Source: Octopus vulgaris (Eukaryota). Taken from it: DNA of 64,000 nt. Position 1 is the first letter of the stretch; each line of letters begins with the position of its first letter. The DNA is taken from NCBI GenBank assembly GCA_951406725.2, contig OX597819.1, positions 85,746,001-85,810,000 on the forward strand. Direction: 5' to 3'. The notes beneath the pieces were generated by a model. That model was not told the DNA's origin. It saw only the letters and a list, made by a program, of their open reading frames with translations, and did no database searches. This document shows, piece by piece, positions 37,308 through 50,552 of the stretch. A program made the position numbers and the translations under genes.

Positions 37308-39810
37308 GTACAAGCTGAGCCTATCTGAGTTTTGCCTGCCCGTGTTGGCTGTCTACAGGCCGCCTCTTGCCGACCCCCAGGACGATGCTCATCTACTCGA
37401 AGCGCTAAGATTCGTTTCAGCTTCGCATGACTGTTTGGTACTAGGAGACTTCAACGCTCCCACGATCAATTGGCCCGCATCAATTTGTACAACATCTTCC
37501 CGGTTCGGCCAGGCCCTTCTTGACGTGGCTGAAGATTGTTTTCTATCGCAACATGTTGAATATCCGACAAGGCATCGGTCTGGGCAGCAGCCATCTATGC
37601 TAGATCTGGTATTCTCCCGCTATCCAAGAGCAGTGTCAGACGTATCTGTGTGCGCCCCTCTTGCCAAGAGTGATCATGCGGTCCTGAAGTTCGTCATGCA
37701 CACAACTTTTTCTACGCCCACGACTACTTCGCTGCCACGTAGAGTCTTCTCTGCAATTAATCTTGAAATTCTAACCGAGGCTTCCGCGCTTCTGGACTGG
37801 CGATCCCTGATGACGTTGTCCTCAGTTGACGAACTATGGTCATCCCTCAAAGCATATGTAATCTGTTTTACTGACCAGGCAGTTCCCGTTGGGCTTCCCA
37901 AGAGGAAGAAACACAAGCCCTGGGTGACGAAGAGGGTTAAACGAGAACGTCGACTCAGAGATATTGCTTGGGCTGAATTCAAAAATCTGGATTCGACTGC
38001 AGCTTTTGAGGTGTACAAAACTCAACGAGACCGAGCCGTGAAAATTGAAAAGAAAGAACGCTTCAGTTACGAATACAAAATCGCGGCAAATGCCAGTAGC
38101 AATCCAAAAACCTTCTTTGCCCATGTCCAGCGGAATTCCCGCTTGAACAACCAGATTGCAACGTTGGTAGACTCAACAGGCGTATCGATTGAGGACCCTT
38201 ATCAACAGAGTCAATTATTTGCCGAGGCTTTTTCAACTATTTTTAAACAAGATGATGGTCGTGAACCCTCTCCATTTGATAGATCGGTACCTCCAATGCT
38301 TCGATTGGTCATCACGCGGGACGAAGTCAAACGTGTTATTCAAGGCCTCGATGTCAACAAAGTTCACGGCCCTGACGGCATACACCCACGGGTTATCAAA
38401 GCGTTGGCTCCGGTCATCTGCGAGCTCTTAACACGACTATTCAATATGTCATTGGCGACGGGTGTTATACCTGCAGACTGGAGAACAGCGATAATCTGCC
38501 CAATTTTCAAGAAAGGGAGCCGCGAAGACCCGCTTAACTACCGACCAGTTTCCCTTACATCAATTATCAGCAAGATGTTCGAAACCATCCTTATGAAAAG
38601 TATGATGCTCCACCTCCTAAACACAGCCTCTATCTCTGATTCCCAACACGGCTTCGTGCCGAAGAGATCATGCTTGACCAACCTACTAGTAATGGAAGAA
38701 TTGGTGACGCGCATCCTCGATGATAGTGATGCTGTTGACATCGTTTTACTGGACTTTGCCAAAGCTTTTGACTCGGTAAACCACCGCCTATTGCTTGTCA
38801 AGCTTCAAGCATATAGTTTCCATCCGGATATGGTACGATGGGTTGGTGCCTTCCTCTCAGATCGCTCCTTCCAAGTCCAAGTTAATGGTTCGCGGTCCGA
38901 CGTCTCCAGTGCGAGCAGTGGCGTGCCTCAAGGTTCAGTGCTTGGGCCCTTGTTGTTCTTAGTCTTCATAAATGACTTGCCCGACGACCTCACGCAACAC
39001 ACCCTTCTATTTGCCGACGATATCAAACTGGTCGTTCCTCGCGGTAATATAGAGGATCTTCGTCGATGCCTCCACCAAATTTGGAAGTGGTCTAACAATT
39101 GGGACCTGTGTCTGAACGTGTCAAAGTGCTGTCATCTGCCTGTCGGCTCTACTCCTGCAACTCAACTTGATTTCGAGCCGGGTCGTCTGCTGCTGGAGAG
39201 GACCGATCAGGTAAAGGACCTAGGTATCTTGGTGGATTCCTCTTTTTCGCCTTCGGCCCAGTGCGTCCATGCTGCCAACAAAGCACGCGGAATTCTGTTC
39301 TTGATTCGACGGTCATTCGGAATGCTCACGGCAGCCATATTCCTACCACTCTATGTCACGCTGGTGAGACCCATACTGGAGTATGGGATTCAAGCCTCTT
39401 CTCCTTATCTCCTCAAAGACATACAGCATCTCGAAAGAGTCCAGAAGCTGGCTACCCGCATGGTTCATGGTCTCAAAACTTTGTCCTACGAAGAAAGGCT
39501 GAGGACGCTCGACCTTTATTCTCTTGAAAAACGCCGCCGCCGTGGTGATCTCATTCTCGCCAAAAACATCATAAGCGGAAAGGGTAACCTCTCGAAAGAG
39601 CTGTTCTTCACTCCTGCTCCAGAGCGTCGGCTGCGGGGTCATTCCGAAAAGCTCTACCTGCGACGATTTCATCTCAATCGAAGGAGAGGAGCTTTCTCCG
39701 TCCGGGTTGCGGACCCGTGGAACAAGCTGCCAGACGAGATGGTGAAGATGCCGACGACCGCTTTGTTCAAAGCCTCCCTTGACCTCAAGTGGCCTGAACT
39801 CTTTACATGA
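37308..39810 (+). CDS. CR1 ORF2 (partial APE endonuclease + reverse transcriptase), uninterrupted
   Basis: VYRPP, LGDFN, LDLVF, SDH (APE); GPDGIHP, NYRPVSLTS, QHGF, DFAKAFDSVNH, GVPQGSVLGPLLF, FADD, KDLG, RPILEY, RRRGDLI, WNKLP. The first ~83 aa of track ORF 37060..39810 are flank and microsatellite. Confidence 0.93.
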
Positions 39811-39874
39811 ACACCACCCTGTACTTAACTCCATGTCCCCCTACATGGCCTTGCTATTTGCTTTTGAGCCAAAT

Positions 39875-39906
<32 letters not shown>
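37308..39906 (+). mobile_element. Young CR1-clade LINE, 5'-truncated within the APE domain, with 3'UTR and (AACT)n tail
   Basis: Abrupt rise in GC; tail AACTAACTAACT.. at 39876-39905; inserted in a microsatellite that appears to belong to a decayed minus-strand family A SINE (remnant at 39907-40035). Confidence 0.93.
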
Positions 39907-40166
39907 ATACCATGGCTTTCAGTACATTTTCCATCTATCAGATTCCATTCACAAAACGTTTGTGAAACCAACACATATCCAATCCGGCACTACAGGATTT
40001 CCAAACAAAGTTATTAACATATTGGCCATGTCTACACTGTAATATTGTAAAATTATTTTACCAACTACTATGAGGCCTTATAAAATCGAACCCTACAAGC
40101 TATTTGAACATAGAAATTATATATGAGAGTAAAACTGCTGTGGCATTTTAAATTCACCGAGCCGCC

Positions 40167-40399
40167 GTATCCATAATGTACCTTTGATAATTGCCAGTAT
40201 GTTGAACGAAAATTATGTTGAAAGATATTATTCTGGGTTTATTTTAACTGGAAATAATAGATTTTAATGCAGTTTAGTGTACCATAATGTATCCATAATG
40301 TACCTTTGATAAGTGCCAGTATCTGGAACGAAAATTATGTTGAAAGATATTATTCTGGGTATTTTAAATGGAAATAATAGATTTTAATGCAGCTTAGTG
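40167..40399 (+). repeat. Tandem duplication (~112-bp units 40167-40279 and 40289-40399) with a 9-nt junction insert
   Basis: Both units start GTATCCATAATGTACCTTTG; the junction TACCATAAT resembles the unit start. Confidence 0.92.
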
Positions 40400-40971
40400 G
40401 GTGAAATTCCAATACATGCAGTGAGAAAATATTTACGTTGGATGCGAAACAACAGTGTTAATTGTTCCAGTAGAATTGTCAATGCAAAGTGTCGTTGCGT
40501 GATATGTCGTAGTAGGTAAAAGCTATTTTATTAGTAAAATACATTCTGGTTCATACTGAATGTTAAATCAGGTTAGAAGAATGATGTCATGCTGTAAACA
40601 TTGAACAAATTGAACACGTTTTTGTGATATTAAAGCTGTTGTGGTTTACAGAGAAAGCAAATTTGTAAACTAAAATTATGTGATATGTTTTTCTGCAAAA
40701 TGAACCTATATATATATTGCAATGTTTATTTGAGGAATGTTTAATGACTCTGCAGAAGAATACTTGGTTTTAATTAAAAGTTAAAACATGAAGTCGAAGG
40801 ATAAAGAATTATATTCTATAAAAGTTTCCAGATGAGATACATGATAAAGATAAATAAAAATGTGGAGTAGAGTCTTGCATTTTTGCTGGGGAAATGAGCA
40901 GTGAGGTTCGCGAAAATGTAGTACAATAATGCATAAAGTGTTTTGAAATGTCTTTAAAAATAATCATGTAT

Positions 40972-41870
40972 ATCAGGTGTTCAGGATATATTTGACAGCC
41001 TACTTAAAAGGAAAGCAAAACACAGTATTCTGCCAAAAATAAAAGTAATTTATAAAAAAAATAATTGATTATGGTTGGAAGATAACAGTTAACTGAAAGT
41101 AGCAGGCCTCATCAACTGTAGCTCTGAAACATGATACATGCACTCTACATTGCGTCCCTGGGATGATCTGCAACCCTCTCCTTGATCATGGGTACCCTCC
41201 GGATTTGGTATTGAAGACAGGAGTCTTTCTCAATCGTGTCCAGCACATAGCTATCCTTGGGATTACACTCGGAGTAATTAGGATTACAGAAGCTGGGGTT
41301 GGTAAAATCGTAGAATTATGCGACAGACATTTCTGAACCTTTCCAGAATTATGGCAAGGAGACAAATCCTCCGGCTATACATCTAGCTTTTCAGCAGCAT
41401 GTCTCTCCGGACAGAGTTTGATGACAGTCTCCAGCAGCTTTACATAGCTATCTGAATTGAAGTTAAAGCCCAGTTCAAAGATGTAATAATCAATGCCGAC
41501 ATGTGGGCACAGTCGAGGCGCATTCTGTGTCCTTTTCTGCTGGTCAAGGTTTCGTAGTCTCCGTTGCAATCGTCCATAGCAAGTCTTACAGACTTTAAAT
41601 TGTTCAGAAGTCATGATGTCGGTATTTTAATTCCGGTGAGAATCATCATGGCACAGGTAACTCTTTTCCAATATTCAAATAGTTCTCAATTTTCCATGTC
41701 AGCTAATGTTTTCTCAAACACAGCGTTAAACTTTATCTTTTCCAACTTTGTTGACTGTTCACGAATGTACTAAGATCTCTCTGAAAAAGAAAGGAAATAA
41801 ATAAATGAAATTTAGCTTAATTACTCTCTGTTTGAACATATAAAACAACACAGTGGGCCAATTATGTTCA
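40972..41870 (-). mobile_element. Decayed Tc1/mariner-superfamily (maT/DD37D-like) transposon
   Basis: Minus strand YIFELG..NSDSYVKLLETVIK, then DLSPCHNSGKVQK, FYDFTNPSF..PNYSECNPKDSYV, corresponding to QQDSAPCH..WPPNSPDCNPxDY. Confidence 0.7.
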
Positions 41871-42565
41871 AAACGATTCTATGCAATAACATGGGTAGAG
41901 TGGTATGATCGTATATTCAAATGTTAAAAACTTGTCTGGGTTTTAGGTACTTTTACTGAAAAACTGGAATTCGTAAATTAAATCAAGCATTAGATAATGT
42001 TGGATACATGACAAATATAATGATGTGATTGGCATATCTTGTTAATTTTCTAAATTTGATATAATATTTAATGAAATGTTATACATTTATATAACTAAAT
42101 CTAATTTAAGCATTAAAAAGTAATTAGAATTCGGTTCTACGTATAATTTACATTAATATTTATTGGAATAATTTCCTATAAAATATATAATACGATAAGC
42201 CGGATTGATTTCATATACTATGAATATATAATTGACTTGCTATTTGAATGTTATCTGAAGCAGGAATAAAAAATCATTTAAAATTTCAGCAATACATTTA
42301 TAAAGCATTTTTCAAAATAACAATGATACTAGCTATAGGTGCAAGGTATTACGATTTGGAATAGAGGATGGACAGTTTATTAATAGATACCGATTCTTCG
42401 CTGCTGCTTATTTTAGAAATACTGAAAGAAAAAAAAATCGAAATAATGGAACTTGCTGAAACTTGAATGCAAATCATAAAAACATATAACTAAATACGCA
42501 AGGCATTCTGCCACTGAATGCCATTGCTCCAAATTCAGATGGGATTTGATATCAGGGCATGGTTT

Positions 42566-42770
42566 AGGCGGCGAGCTGGCAGAATCGTCACCACTCCAAA
42601 TAAAAATGTTTAGAGGCGTCGCTTTCTGTCTTTACGTTCTGACTTCAAATTTCGCCGAGGACGACTATGCATTTCATCCTTTTGTGGGGGTAGGGCCTTA
42701 AGGTAAGTAACAGTTGAACACTGGAGTCAATGTAATCGCCTTAACCCTGTCCTCGAAATTGCAGGCAGTG
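42566..42770 (+). mobile_element. SINE family B copy (plus strand)
   Basis: GGCGGCGAGCTGGCAGAATCG head; GACTTCAAATTTCGCCGAGG B-box. Confidence 0.8.
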
Positions 42771-42779
42771 TTAGTCTTC

Positions 42780-45700
42780 CGTTCTTTTCACCACTCAAAT
42801 TCTTTCGCTAAGGCCACCTCACGAAGAAACACCTCTTGTTCTTCCCGACCAAATGAAAGCGACAGCGTGATCTTCACGATGGATTCAACTAATAACCGGA
42901 TCCTTCCTACACTCGACAGCAAATGTTAGACTTACATCCACAATTCAGCAATGCTCGGGTACTAACGAGAGTGTGCCAAACAGTTTCGTCGCTCTGCGAG
43001 CATTGCAGGCAAGCCCAGTTGACGGTACTTCCATGCCTGTAGAGTTTATTCCGAATCGAAAATGCTCTCTGGTAGCACTTCCAAGTCAGGAATTTCTGGA
43101 CGTTTTCCATGGGTTCTAGCCCGAAAGTCATCCAGATCAGATGAGTAAACTAACGCATTCTCACCGTCTAATAAGCACTGAGATGTCGTAGCCTCGGTGC
43201 ATGTCTGTACATCAGCAGGCATGGCATGCCCACCTCCATTCAGCGGGAGTTGACAGAAAATGGAGCTCCTGTCAAGTGGACAGCCGAAGAGTATGCGCTC
43301 CAGTTTGGTCTGACGTAAACTGGCGCAAGGCACGACGGTTAGGTGATAGTGTATGAGGGAGGTGATGTATTAATTCGCCACTTGTGCCCAACCTTTCAGG
43401 GGTACCTTTCTCTCGGCTCCTTTCTCAGTGAGTTTGGCCACACTGCTCGTCACCAAATCCCAGCTCTTCTCCACTTGGAGATCTGGACCAAACCAGATCC
43501 TGTGCAATTTAACCGGTCCCTCCGTCCAGCGTCCTAGGAAATTATTGCACAGCATGGACTTGACTCACCGGGTGCCAATGTGCAAGCACATTGATTTTTC
43601 TTTGTTAAGTTTTGCTCCTGTCACCGACTCGTTGTTCTTAGAGTAGTGCCGACCATGTCTATATGCCTGCTGTTCGACACTATGACGGTGATGTGGTCTG
43701 CGTATGATGTCACGGTTTCTCACATACTAGTTCGCGAGTCATGCCTCACAACGCCTCCAATTTCTGTAGCAAGGGCTCAAGAAGAGACGAGAGAGGACAC
43801 CCTTGACAGACCGAACGCATGACGTGGAATGGTTCTAATAGGTAACAATTCATCTGAACTACCGAGCAAATATGACTGCTCATTGCAGCGATCCAGCCAC
43901 GGAAAACGGGACCGAATCCGGCCTCCGTGAGCACGGCCGCTAAGTTTTGGTGGTCGACTCTGACCCAAGTTGATCAGGGCCCCATCCATGCCAGGTTCCT
44001 TACTCACTCCGTGTATGCTGTATCGCATGAGGTGGAGGTTGTGGATGGATCTCTTTGGAATTGCGCATGTTTGCGCATCACCTCGATGACGAGCGCCAAC
44101 CTCTTTTCTCACATGTCGGCCAAAATCTTGAAGTCTATCTAATCCCAATTGTTTAGGCTCTTTCTCAGGAGAGTCAGCGCTTGTTGACTCACAGAATGTT
44201 GAATTCTTCTGCTCTGCAGCCAGTTGTGGTAGATATCTGCAAAAGAATCACGAAACAAGTCTGGAATATAAAAGTAAAGCTCATAAGATAGACTAATCAA
44301 ATCAGGCGATTTGAACGCCACCCCGTGCAACACGTCCTTGAATCCCGTATATTCATGACTGTTACCTGCATTTCCCAACACTCCGTCCCTTTTCCGGGAG
44401 TCGTGGCATGCCGTCGAGCTAGGCACTGAAGTCCATCTTTCGTTCTGAACTACTGTTCGTCCCAAACAGTTGGGCGAAGTGCTGTTAAAATGCTGTACAC
44501 ATCTACTCAAGGTCAAGTACCCTGCGCCCATTTTGGTCCTCCAAATACCAAATATTGTATTTGTTGTGAAGCTGCGCTTCTACCACACGGGTCCATCAAG
44601 CGGTTTTCCTTCCCTCTTGTCATATACACACGCCTTAAGTGCCCACAATGCAGCCTTCGTGTTTAGCATTGAAGAATTGAGCCATGGCCAATTTCGTGGC
44701 CAGCATGACAGTTGCAATGCCTTTCCTAAGTGCCTCTTCTTAGTTTCTAATTTCCCTTCTACTTCATTCCTTTTTATCAAAATATCTTACTAAAGCTAAC
44801 TGATTCTACTCTAATTGCCATTTTTAGGGCAAACCATCATTTGTTGTTGACGCTTGCCCTTGTCAACACCCGCGTATCTAATTCTCTAATCCGGTATCTG
44901 TAAGCTTGGCATGCTGGAAGAGAGCGTTCAATTTCCATTAACCGGGTCCCTGCCCTCAAGTCTATCTAGGTCGACCGTTCAGATCACAAATTAGTAGTCA
45001 GTGCAGCCGACCAGTTAGAAAAGTGGATAACTTATACTATTTTTTCTACTAGCTTACAGAATACACTGTCTAGATACGACTTGAATGACCCGATGCGATA
45101 CGTCCACGGCCACATTGACACATCCAGTAAATCAAATCAGTACTGTCAGACAGTCGGAAATGTCTGAGCAAATTTGCGAGGCATTTATCACACCCTCTTC
45201 TACCCGCTAACCTCACACAGTCCAAGCGTGACTCGAAGACGGCATTCTAATTGCCCACTAACGCTAAAGATGGAGACGTTCCTAGAAAAAACCTCTAAAC
45301 GTCTGAAGAAATCCGACTTCCTGTTGCTATAGGAGCATAAACAGACACCAGTCTGAGGGCATTTCTACATACTGTTCAGATCCAGGACAACCAACTTACC
45401 TTCCGCGTCCAGGAAGATAGTCCTTATCTTGTGATTAAAACCTCTCCAGAACAACACCATCGTTCCACGTTTGGTATCCGATTGACTTGGAGATAAATAT
45501 ATCTCGAAACAACAGAAGATGGGCATGAAAGCTTGTCAGTCAGAGACATTTAGTAACCTAAGGTCGTTGAAGAGATGGCCGTGTTTTCATGGCGACCCGA
45601 AACTACGTGGATTTATACTGTCTACTCTGGGCAAGGTCATGTTAGATCAAGGTGTAGAAACGGAAAAGATTACTTACAGTAATTTGGATGCTCCAAACCC

Positions 45701-47245
45701 ATACGTATGTATGGATGTTTCCACGAGCAGTTCTTTATATATTATTTTGCTTATGTCTCTTTGGAAAGCCATTACTCCCTCACAACATTTTGTTATGATG
45801 GTGTTGTGCGTTGTGATGTTTGTACGACTTTCATATGAATTGGTGTGTTGTTTCTTGGTGTGATAAAGTCAGTATGTGTAATGATTATGTGAATTGGTTT
45901 GTGCTTGCGATGGTCGTGTCTGTAATAGTGGTGGTGGTGATGGTTGTAATGGGGATGATGTTGCTGACTGTAATGCCGCAGCTGCTGTTGAGGGAAGTAT
46001 CTGAGAATTTATTTTCGATGGTGTCTCCCCACTCTGGTCATAGCTGCCAGTCTTTTGTGTTGATGTCGGTGTCACTGTTATTATTTCTCTTTTGTGTGAT
46101 CTACGAACATTTTGTCAGTTAGGACCCTACTGCTCTCCCTCCTCGCAGGACATGTCTGATTGCTCCGAACACGGGTGGGGCAAATCTTGATGAGCTTTTT
46201 TATGTTTTCTTGTTGATGAAGTTGATGTTGTTTGGGGGGATTCTGATGCTGTTGCCGATGTTGGTGATTTGTTTGTTACGTTTGGTGTTATTGTTTCCAC
46301 TGTTACTCTTGTTGTTTTTCTGCTACTACTACTGTCGGTGCTTCTGTGATTGCAGTTATCACTACTACTGTTAAGTGTTCTTTTTGAAGATGTAGTAATC
46401 ACCTGCTTCTAATGGTGCCGTTGTTGCTGTGGTGGAAGTCGTGTATGCAAAAATAGGGGCGGTCACTTCTCACTTTTGTTGTGGCCAGAAATCTCTGAGA
46501 TGGTTCGCGTGCACGCACAGGGGATATCTTGGTTTCTGCCCTCAACACCACGTGAAACCTTGTGCCATCTGGTAGCCTCGACGCCCCAGGTCAGCTTGTA
46601 TTAGAAGCTGCGTCCTCCGTCATAACCAATTCTGCTTCTGCATTCTCTGTATTCGCAGAATCGTGCTTTTCTATGTCGAGATGTTTATCTGGTGGGATGT
46701 TGTATACTCTAACTTAAACTACTCTTCAGGATGAGTATGAGTTCTTCACTCGTTAGAATAGATTTCGCCTGATTTGTGACCTCTTCTTAGGCAATCCTCA
46801 CTTCATCGGTTCCATCCTTTTTCCCTCCGGCTACGCAAGTTTTGCTCTTCCAAACAGGTTTTAAACATTTTTCTTCTGTGTTGCTTGTTCTGTGCCGCTT
46901 GCTCTACTTTCCTACTTTTGGCGCCAAATGTTTTATATAGAACTGTCCGCAAACTAACTTTTTGTTGGACAGTTCTAGGAATGTTTAGTATCACATTTCT
47001 CCCACATTTCTGCAGCATACACTTATCACTTTTAAATTAATTTTCGTTTCTAAAAATGTCTTCGCTTGCTTCTCGGGTCGCTCGCGCAAAGTCCAACTCG
47101 TTTAAAGTAGATTTGAATGTTTTGTTTTCTTTGTTGTCTTCTTTAAAGTTGCTGGTGGTGGTGGGCTTGTTGTTGTCATCGGCGGTAGTGGTGGATGTGG
47201 CAGTGCTCTCGTTTGTGTCGTTACTTTTTGTTGTCATTGATTTCT
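42780..47245 (-). mobile_element. Near full-length decayed L1/Tx1-clade LINE
   Basis: ORF1 start MTTKSND (about 47238) with T/S-rich segments; APE remnants at 44900-45600; RT QTCAIPKRSI.NLHLMR, GFGPVFRGWI, SVCQGCPLS, YADH; C-terminal CLQCSQSDETVWHTL. Confidence 0.8.
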
Positions 47246-47259
47246 TAATAATAATAATC

Positions 47260-47380
47260 ATCTCTACTAAAGGCAAAAGGTCTGAAATATGGGGAGAGAG
47301 GAATAGTCGATTATATCGACCCAAGCGCTTCATGGGCACTTAATTTATCGACTTCTAAACGATGAAAAATAAAGTCGACC
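47260..47380 (-). mobile_element. SINE family B 3' fragment
   Basis: CTCTACTAAAGGCAAAAGG..ACTTAATTTATCGAC..AAAGTCGACC matches the other copies. Confidence 0.65.
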
Positions 47381-49793
47381 AGCAAAGGCTGGGTATGTAT
47401 TCAAAAGCCGCCGACAGAAAGTCAACCACTTATTAATCATGGATGACCTCAAACTTTATAGTAAAGACGAATCCCAAATCAGTTACCTCGTTGATACGGT
47501 GTATACTTTCAGTGCTGATATCAGAATGGAGTTCAGACTGAAAAAGTGTGGGGTGTTAGTCTTGAAGAGAGTCAAAATTAAATGTATGGACAGGCTAGTG
47601 ATGCCGTCGAGGAAGCTATGAAACAAATAAATGAGTCTGTCAGTGTTTTCTTTACACTGAGAGGAGTCACGACGCTGATGTGCAGTGTCGTGAATTATTG
47701 AACTACTATAGTGCAGCAACATGGAAAGGCATTTGTTTTTTGAGAGGGATTCAGTGGGTGTTTGTTGTTTGTGTTTATATTTTTTCGAACAAGAAATCTC
47801 TACTGGATTCCGGGCATTTGTCTGCCTGTAGTTGCGCTTAGTGTCTCACTTAGCGGTGAGAAGTGTGTTGTTTTGGAGGTGTATCACGCCTCCAAAAGTT
47901 GTGGAAAGTTTTTTCCCAATTTTTTTGTGAAATTTGTGGAGCTGTGTTCCAGTTGCTGTGTTCATGTTGCTATTTGGAGTACCAGTTGGCCGGAAAATTG
48001 TGGTAACTGTGTTCTAGAACTGTTTTTCTTGAACTCTTTTCTTTCCTTCTTCCTTCTCTTTTTGTCTCTTTTTCAGACTTGACAAAGAAACTAGACACTG
48101 TGTTGGAGTGGTAGATTGTCCCACCCAAAGAGTGGGTGAAATACTTGGAAGAGAAGACGTTGGTGTTGAGGACATACTCAAAGTCGCTCGACACCATCAC
48201 CGTCTTCAAGAAAATTGAGATAGAGAAAGAGTTAGCAGAGTATCTGCCAACCATAAAATTTATTTCCAGGGGTGCCAAATATGCAACGGTGTGGTTACTG
48301 TTTGACACCTCTGATGAGGCTCGCAGGTTTGCGAGCCAGCCCTTGAAAGGGCAAGAGATAGTGTTTCTTCCCACATATTGTGGGAAGAAGTTGACAAGAG
48401 CTTGGATCTGCTGGTTGCCACCTGTTATGGAAAGCGAGTGGTTAGAAGATACTATCCGTCGGGGTCTGGGTGGCAGCGGATCCAACCTGCTAAATGTGAG
48501 GCTGTTGCCGACGGCTGACTGCGTTGGGTCAAAAGTTGTTTTGATCCTGTGGACCCAATGAGCCGCAAGAAATCTGTTTTCCCAGACTTTTTGACCATAG
48601 CTAATAAGAGGTATCCTTTGATACTTGAGGGACGCCCTCACCCAATGCATTTGCGCCTGGAATCAGGTCACATAAAGAGGGACTGTCCCCAGGATCAGAG
48701 TAGGGTCCTAGATCAGTTAGTGGAAGAAAGGCCACCCCTCCTTATTCAGAGGGACAGTATGTACCAAGAAAAAGAGGTGGAAGAGGACTGATTGGATGCA
48801 AACATAGCATTAAGACAGAAGTAAACGACATAGTGAAAAGGCCACAAAACCACTATTATTGGAAGTAAGAATGTCAGGCATGTGCAGGATGGAAGACTGC
48901 AAAGATAAAGCACTGTACAAGGACTTGAGAATGAACGAAAATGAAAATAGATGGATAAGGAAAAAAATGCATGGACAATTTCATAGGGATGTTGAAGATA
49001 AGGCAGACAGAGAAAAAATAGCTATGGATGACTAAAATTGAATTAAAACCGGAAACGGATGTTCTAATCTGTGCTGCTCAAGAGCAAGCATTAAGAAACA
49101 ATTACTTCGAATACAGAATAGTCAACACATCAGAAAGTGCTAAGTGCAGAATTTGTGAACAAAACTGTAAAACCGTATGGCATATTACCAGTCAATGTAC
49201 ATCAGTAGCCCAGGAATAATATAAAAGACGTCATGGCAACATAGGAAGGATTGTCCATTGGACACTTTGCAACAAGTATGGACTTTACAGAGGAATAACT
49301 TGGTACGAATATAAACCCGAAGGCATCATCGAAAATTATAATACGAAGATCCTATGGGACTTTATGATTCAATGCGACCATGAGATAGAGAATAGGAAAC
49401 CAGACATAGTGTAGATTGAGAAAGAAAGCAAACTTTTCTGGAACGTAGATATAGCTTGCCCACCTGACAACAAAATATCCGATAAGGAAAAAAGAAAAGA
49501 CGATAGAAACGAAAGTTTTATTTGGGAGGTTAAACAGTTGTGGTCGCTGCAAAAGGTTGTAGTAGTACCAATATTTGTCGGAGCCCTGGGAATAGTGATT
49601 AAAAGTCTTCAGAAGTACATGGAACAAATATGGGCTGCAATAATGGTGGAGCACTTTCAGAAAACCACTCTGCTTGGAACTGCTCGAATACTCGGGGTGG
49701 TAGTCGAAAAATAATAGGCGTTACCTTAGTTCACTGGTAGTGAACAGCTGCACCGTAGTATATCACCAGTGTTAGAAGCTCTGCTAAGACAAT
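47381..49793 (+). mobile_element. R4/Dong family B copy interrupted by a Tx1 5' fragment
   Basis: 47381-47632 encodes MDDLKLYSKDESQI..KKCGVLVLKR; 48750-49793 encodes KPETDVLICAAQEQALR..CRIC..H..C..RKPDIV and the family B 3'UTR, followed by (TAA)n. Confidence 0.85.
47633..48745 (+). mobile_element. L1/Tx1-like 5'UTR + ORF1 fragment
   Basis: ORF 48136..48561 (KTLVLRTYS..FDTSDEARRFA..FLPTYCGKKLTRAWICWLPP) and EGRPHPMHLRLESGHIKRDCP, a decayed CCHC knuckle. Confidence 0.65.
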
Positions 49794-49825
49794 AAATAAT
49801 GATAATAATGATGATGATGATAATG

Positions 49826-49879
<54 letters not shown>

Positions 49880-49890
49880 GTAATAGTAAT

Positions 49891-50484
49891 TCGAACACAA
49901 ACCTACTCCAGTGTTCGAAAATGACCACATCTCACATTTCTGGAACTTCACCGTTCAAACTGACAGAAAGATAGATGCGAATAGGCTTGATATTATATTG
50001 AAGGACTTCAGACAAAAATCATACCTCCTCATTGATATGACTATCCCTATCGACATAACTGTATCTGCCAATACCTACCACAAACTGTGCAGGTATAAAA
50101 ATCTTGAAACAGAAATTAGCAAATTGTGAAAGCAGAGGATTAAAACCATTCCTGTTGTCATAGATACCCTAGAAATAATAGCAAAAGGAGTTGAGTCCTA
50201 CCTAGCTCAGATACCAGGAAACACCAAAATGGTAGAAATTCAAAAGATAGTGCTCATGGGAACTGCCCATATCCTACGTAAAATACTGTCTATTTAATCT
50301 TAAAGTTTAAAACACAATTTTCTTATATTTTCTTTAACACTTTCTGGAGCAATATTTTATTCAAAACCAAATATATGACACCCTAGGCATAACCCCAACT
50401 TGAACTTCTAACTTGTAGCCTCTTGAGGTCTCTGGGTGAAGCTTTCAGTCAACTCGTAAAAATACAAAGTAAAAGTCAAGCATA
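49891..50484 (+). mobile_element. R4/Dong family A-related 5'-truncated copy in (TAA)n
   Basis: ENDHISHFWNFTVQTDRKIDANRLDII..LLIDM; 3'UTR homologous to 19552-19752; (TAA)n on both sides. Confidence 0.88.
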
Positions 50485-50552
50485 TAATAATAATTACAAT
50501 AACAATAATAATAATAATGATAATAATAATAATATTAATAATAATAATAATA

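Noticed and set aside
37674-39834. Antisense and alternative-frame ORFs over the CR1 element
   Set aside because: These are shadow ORFs expected in GC-richer coding DNA; no recognisable motifs.
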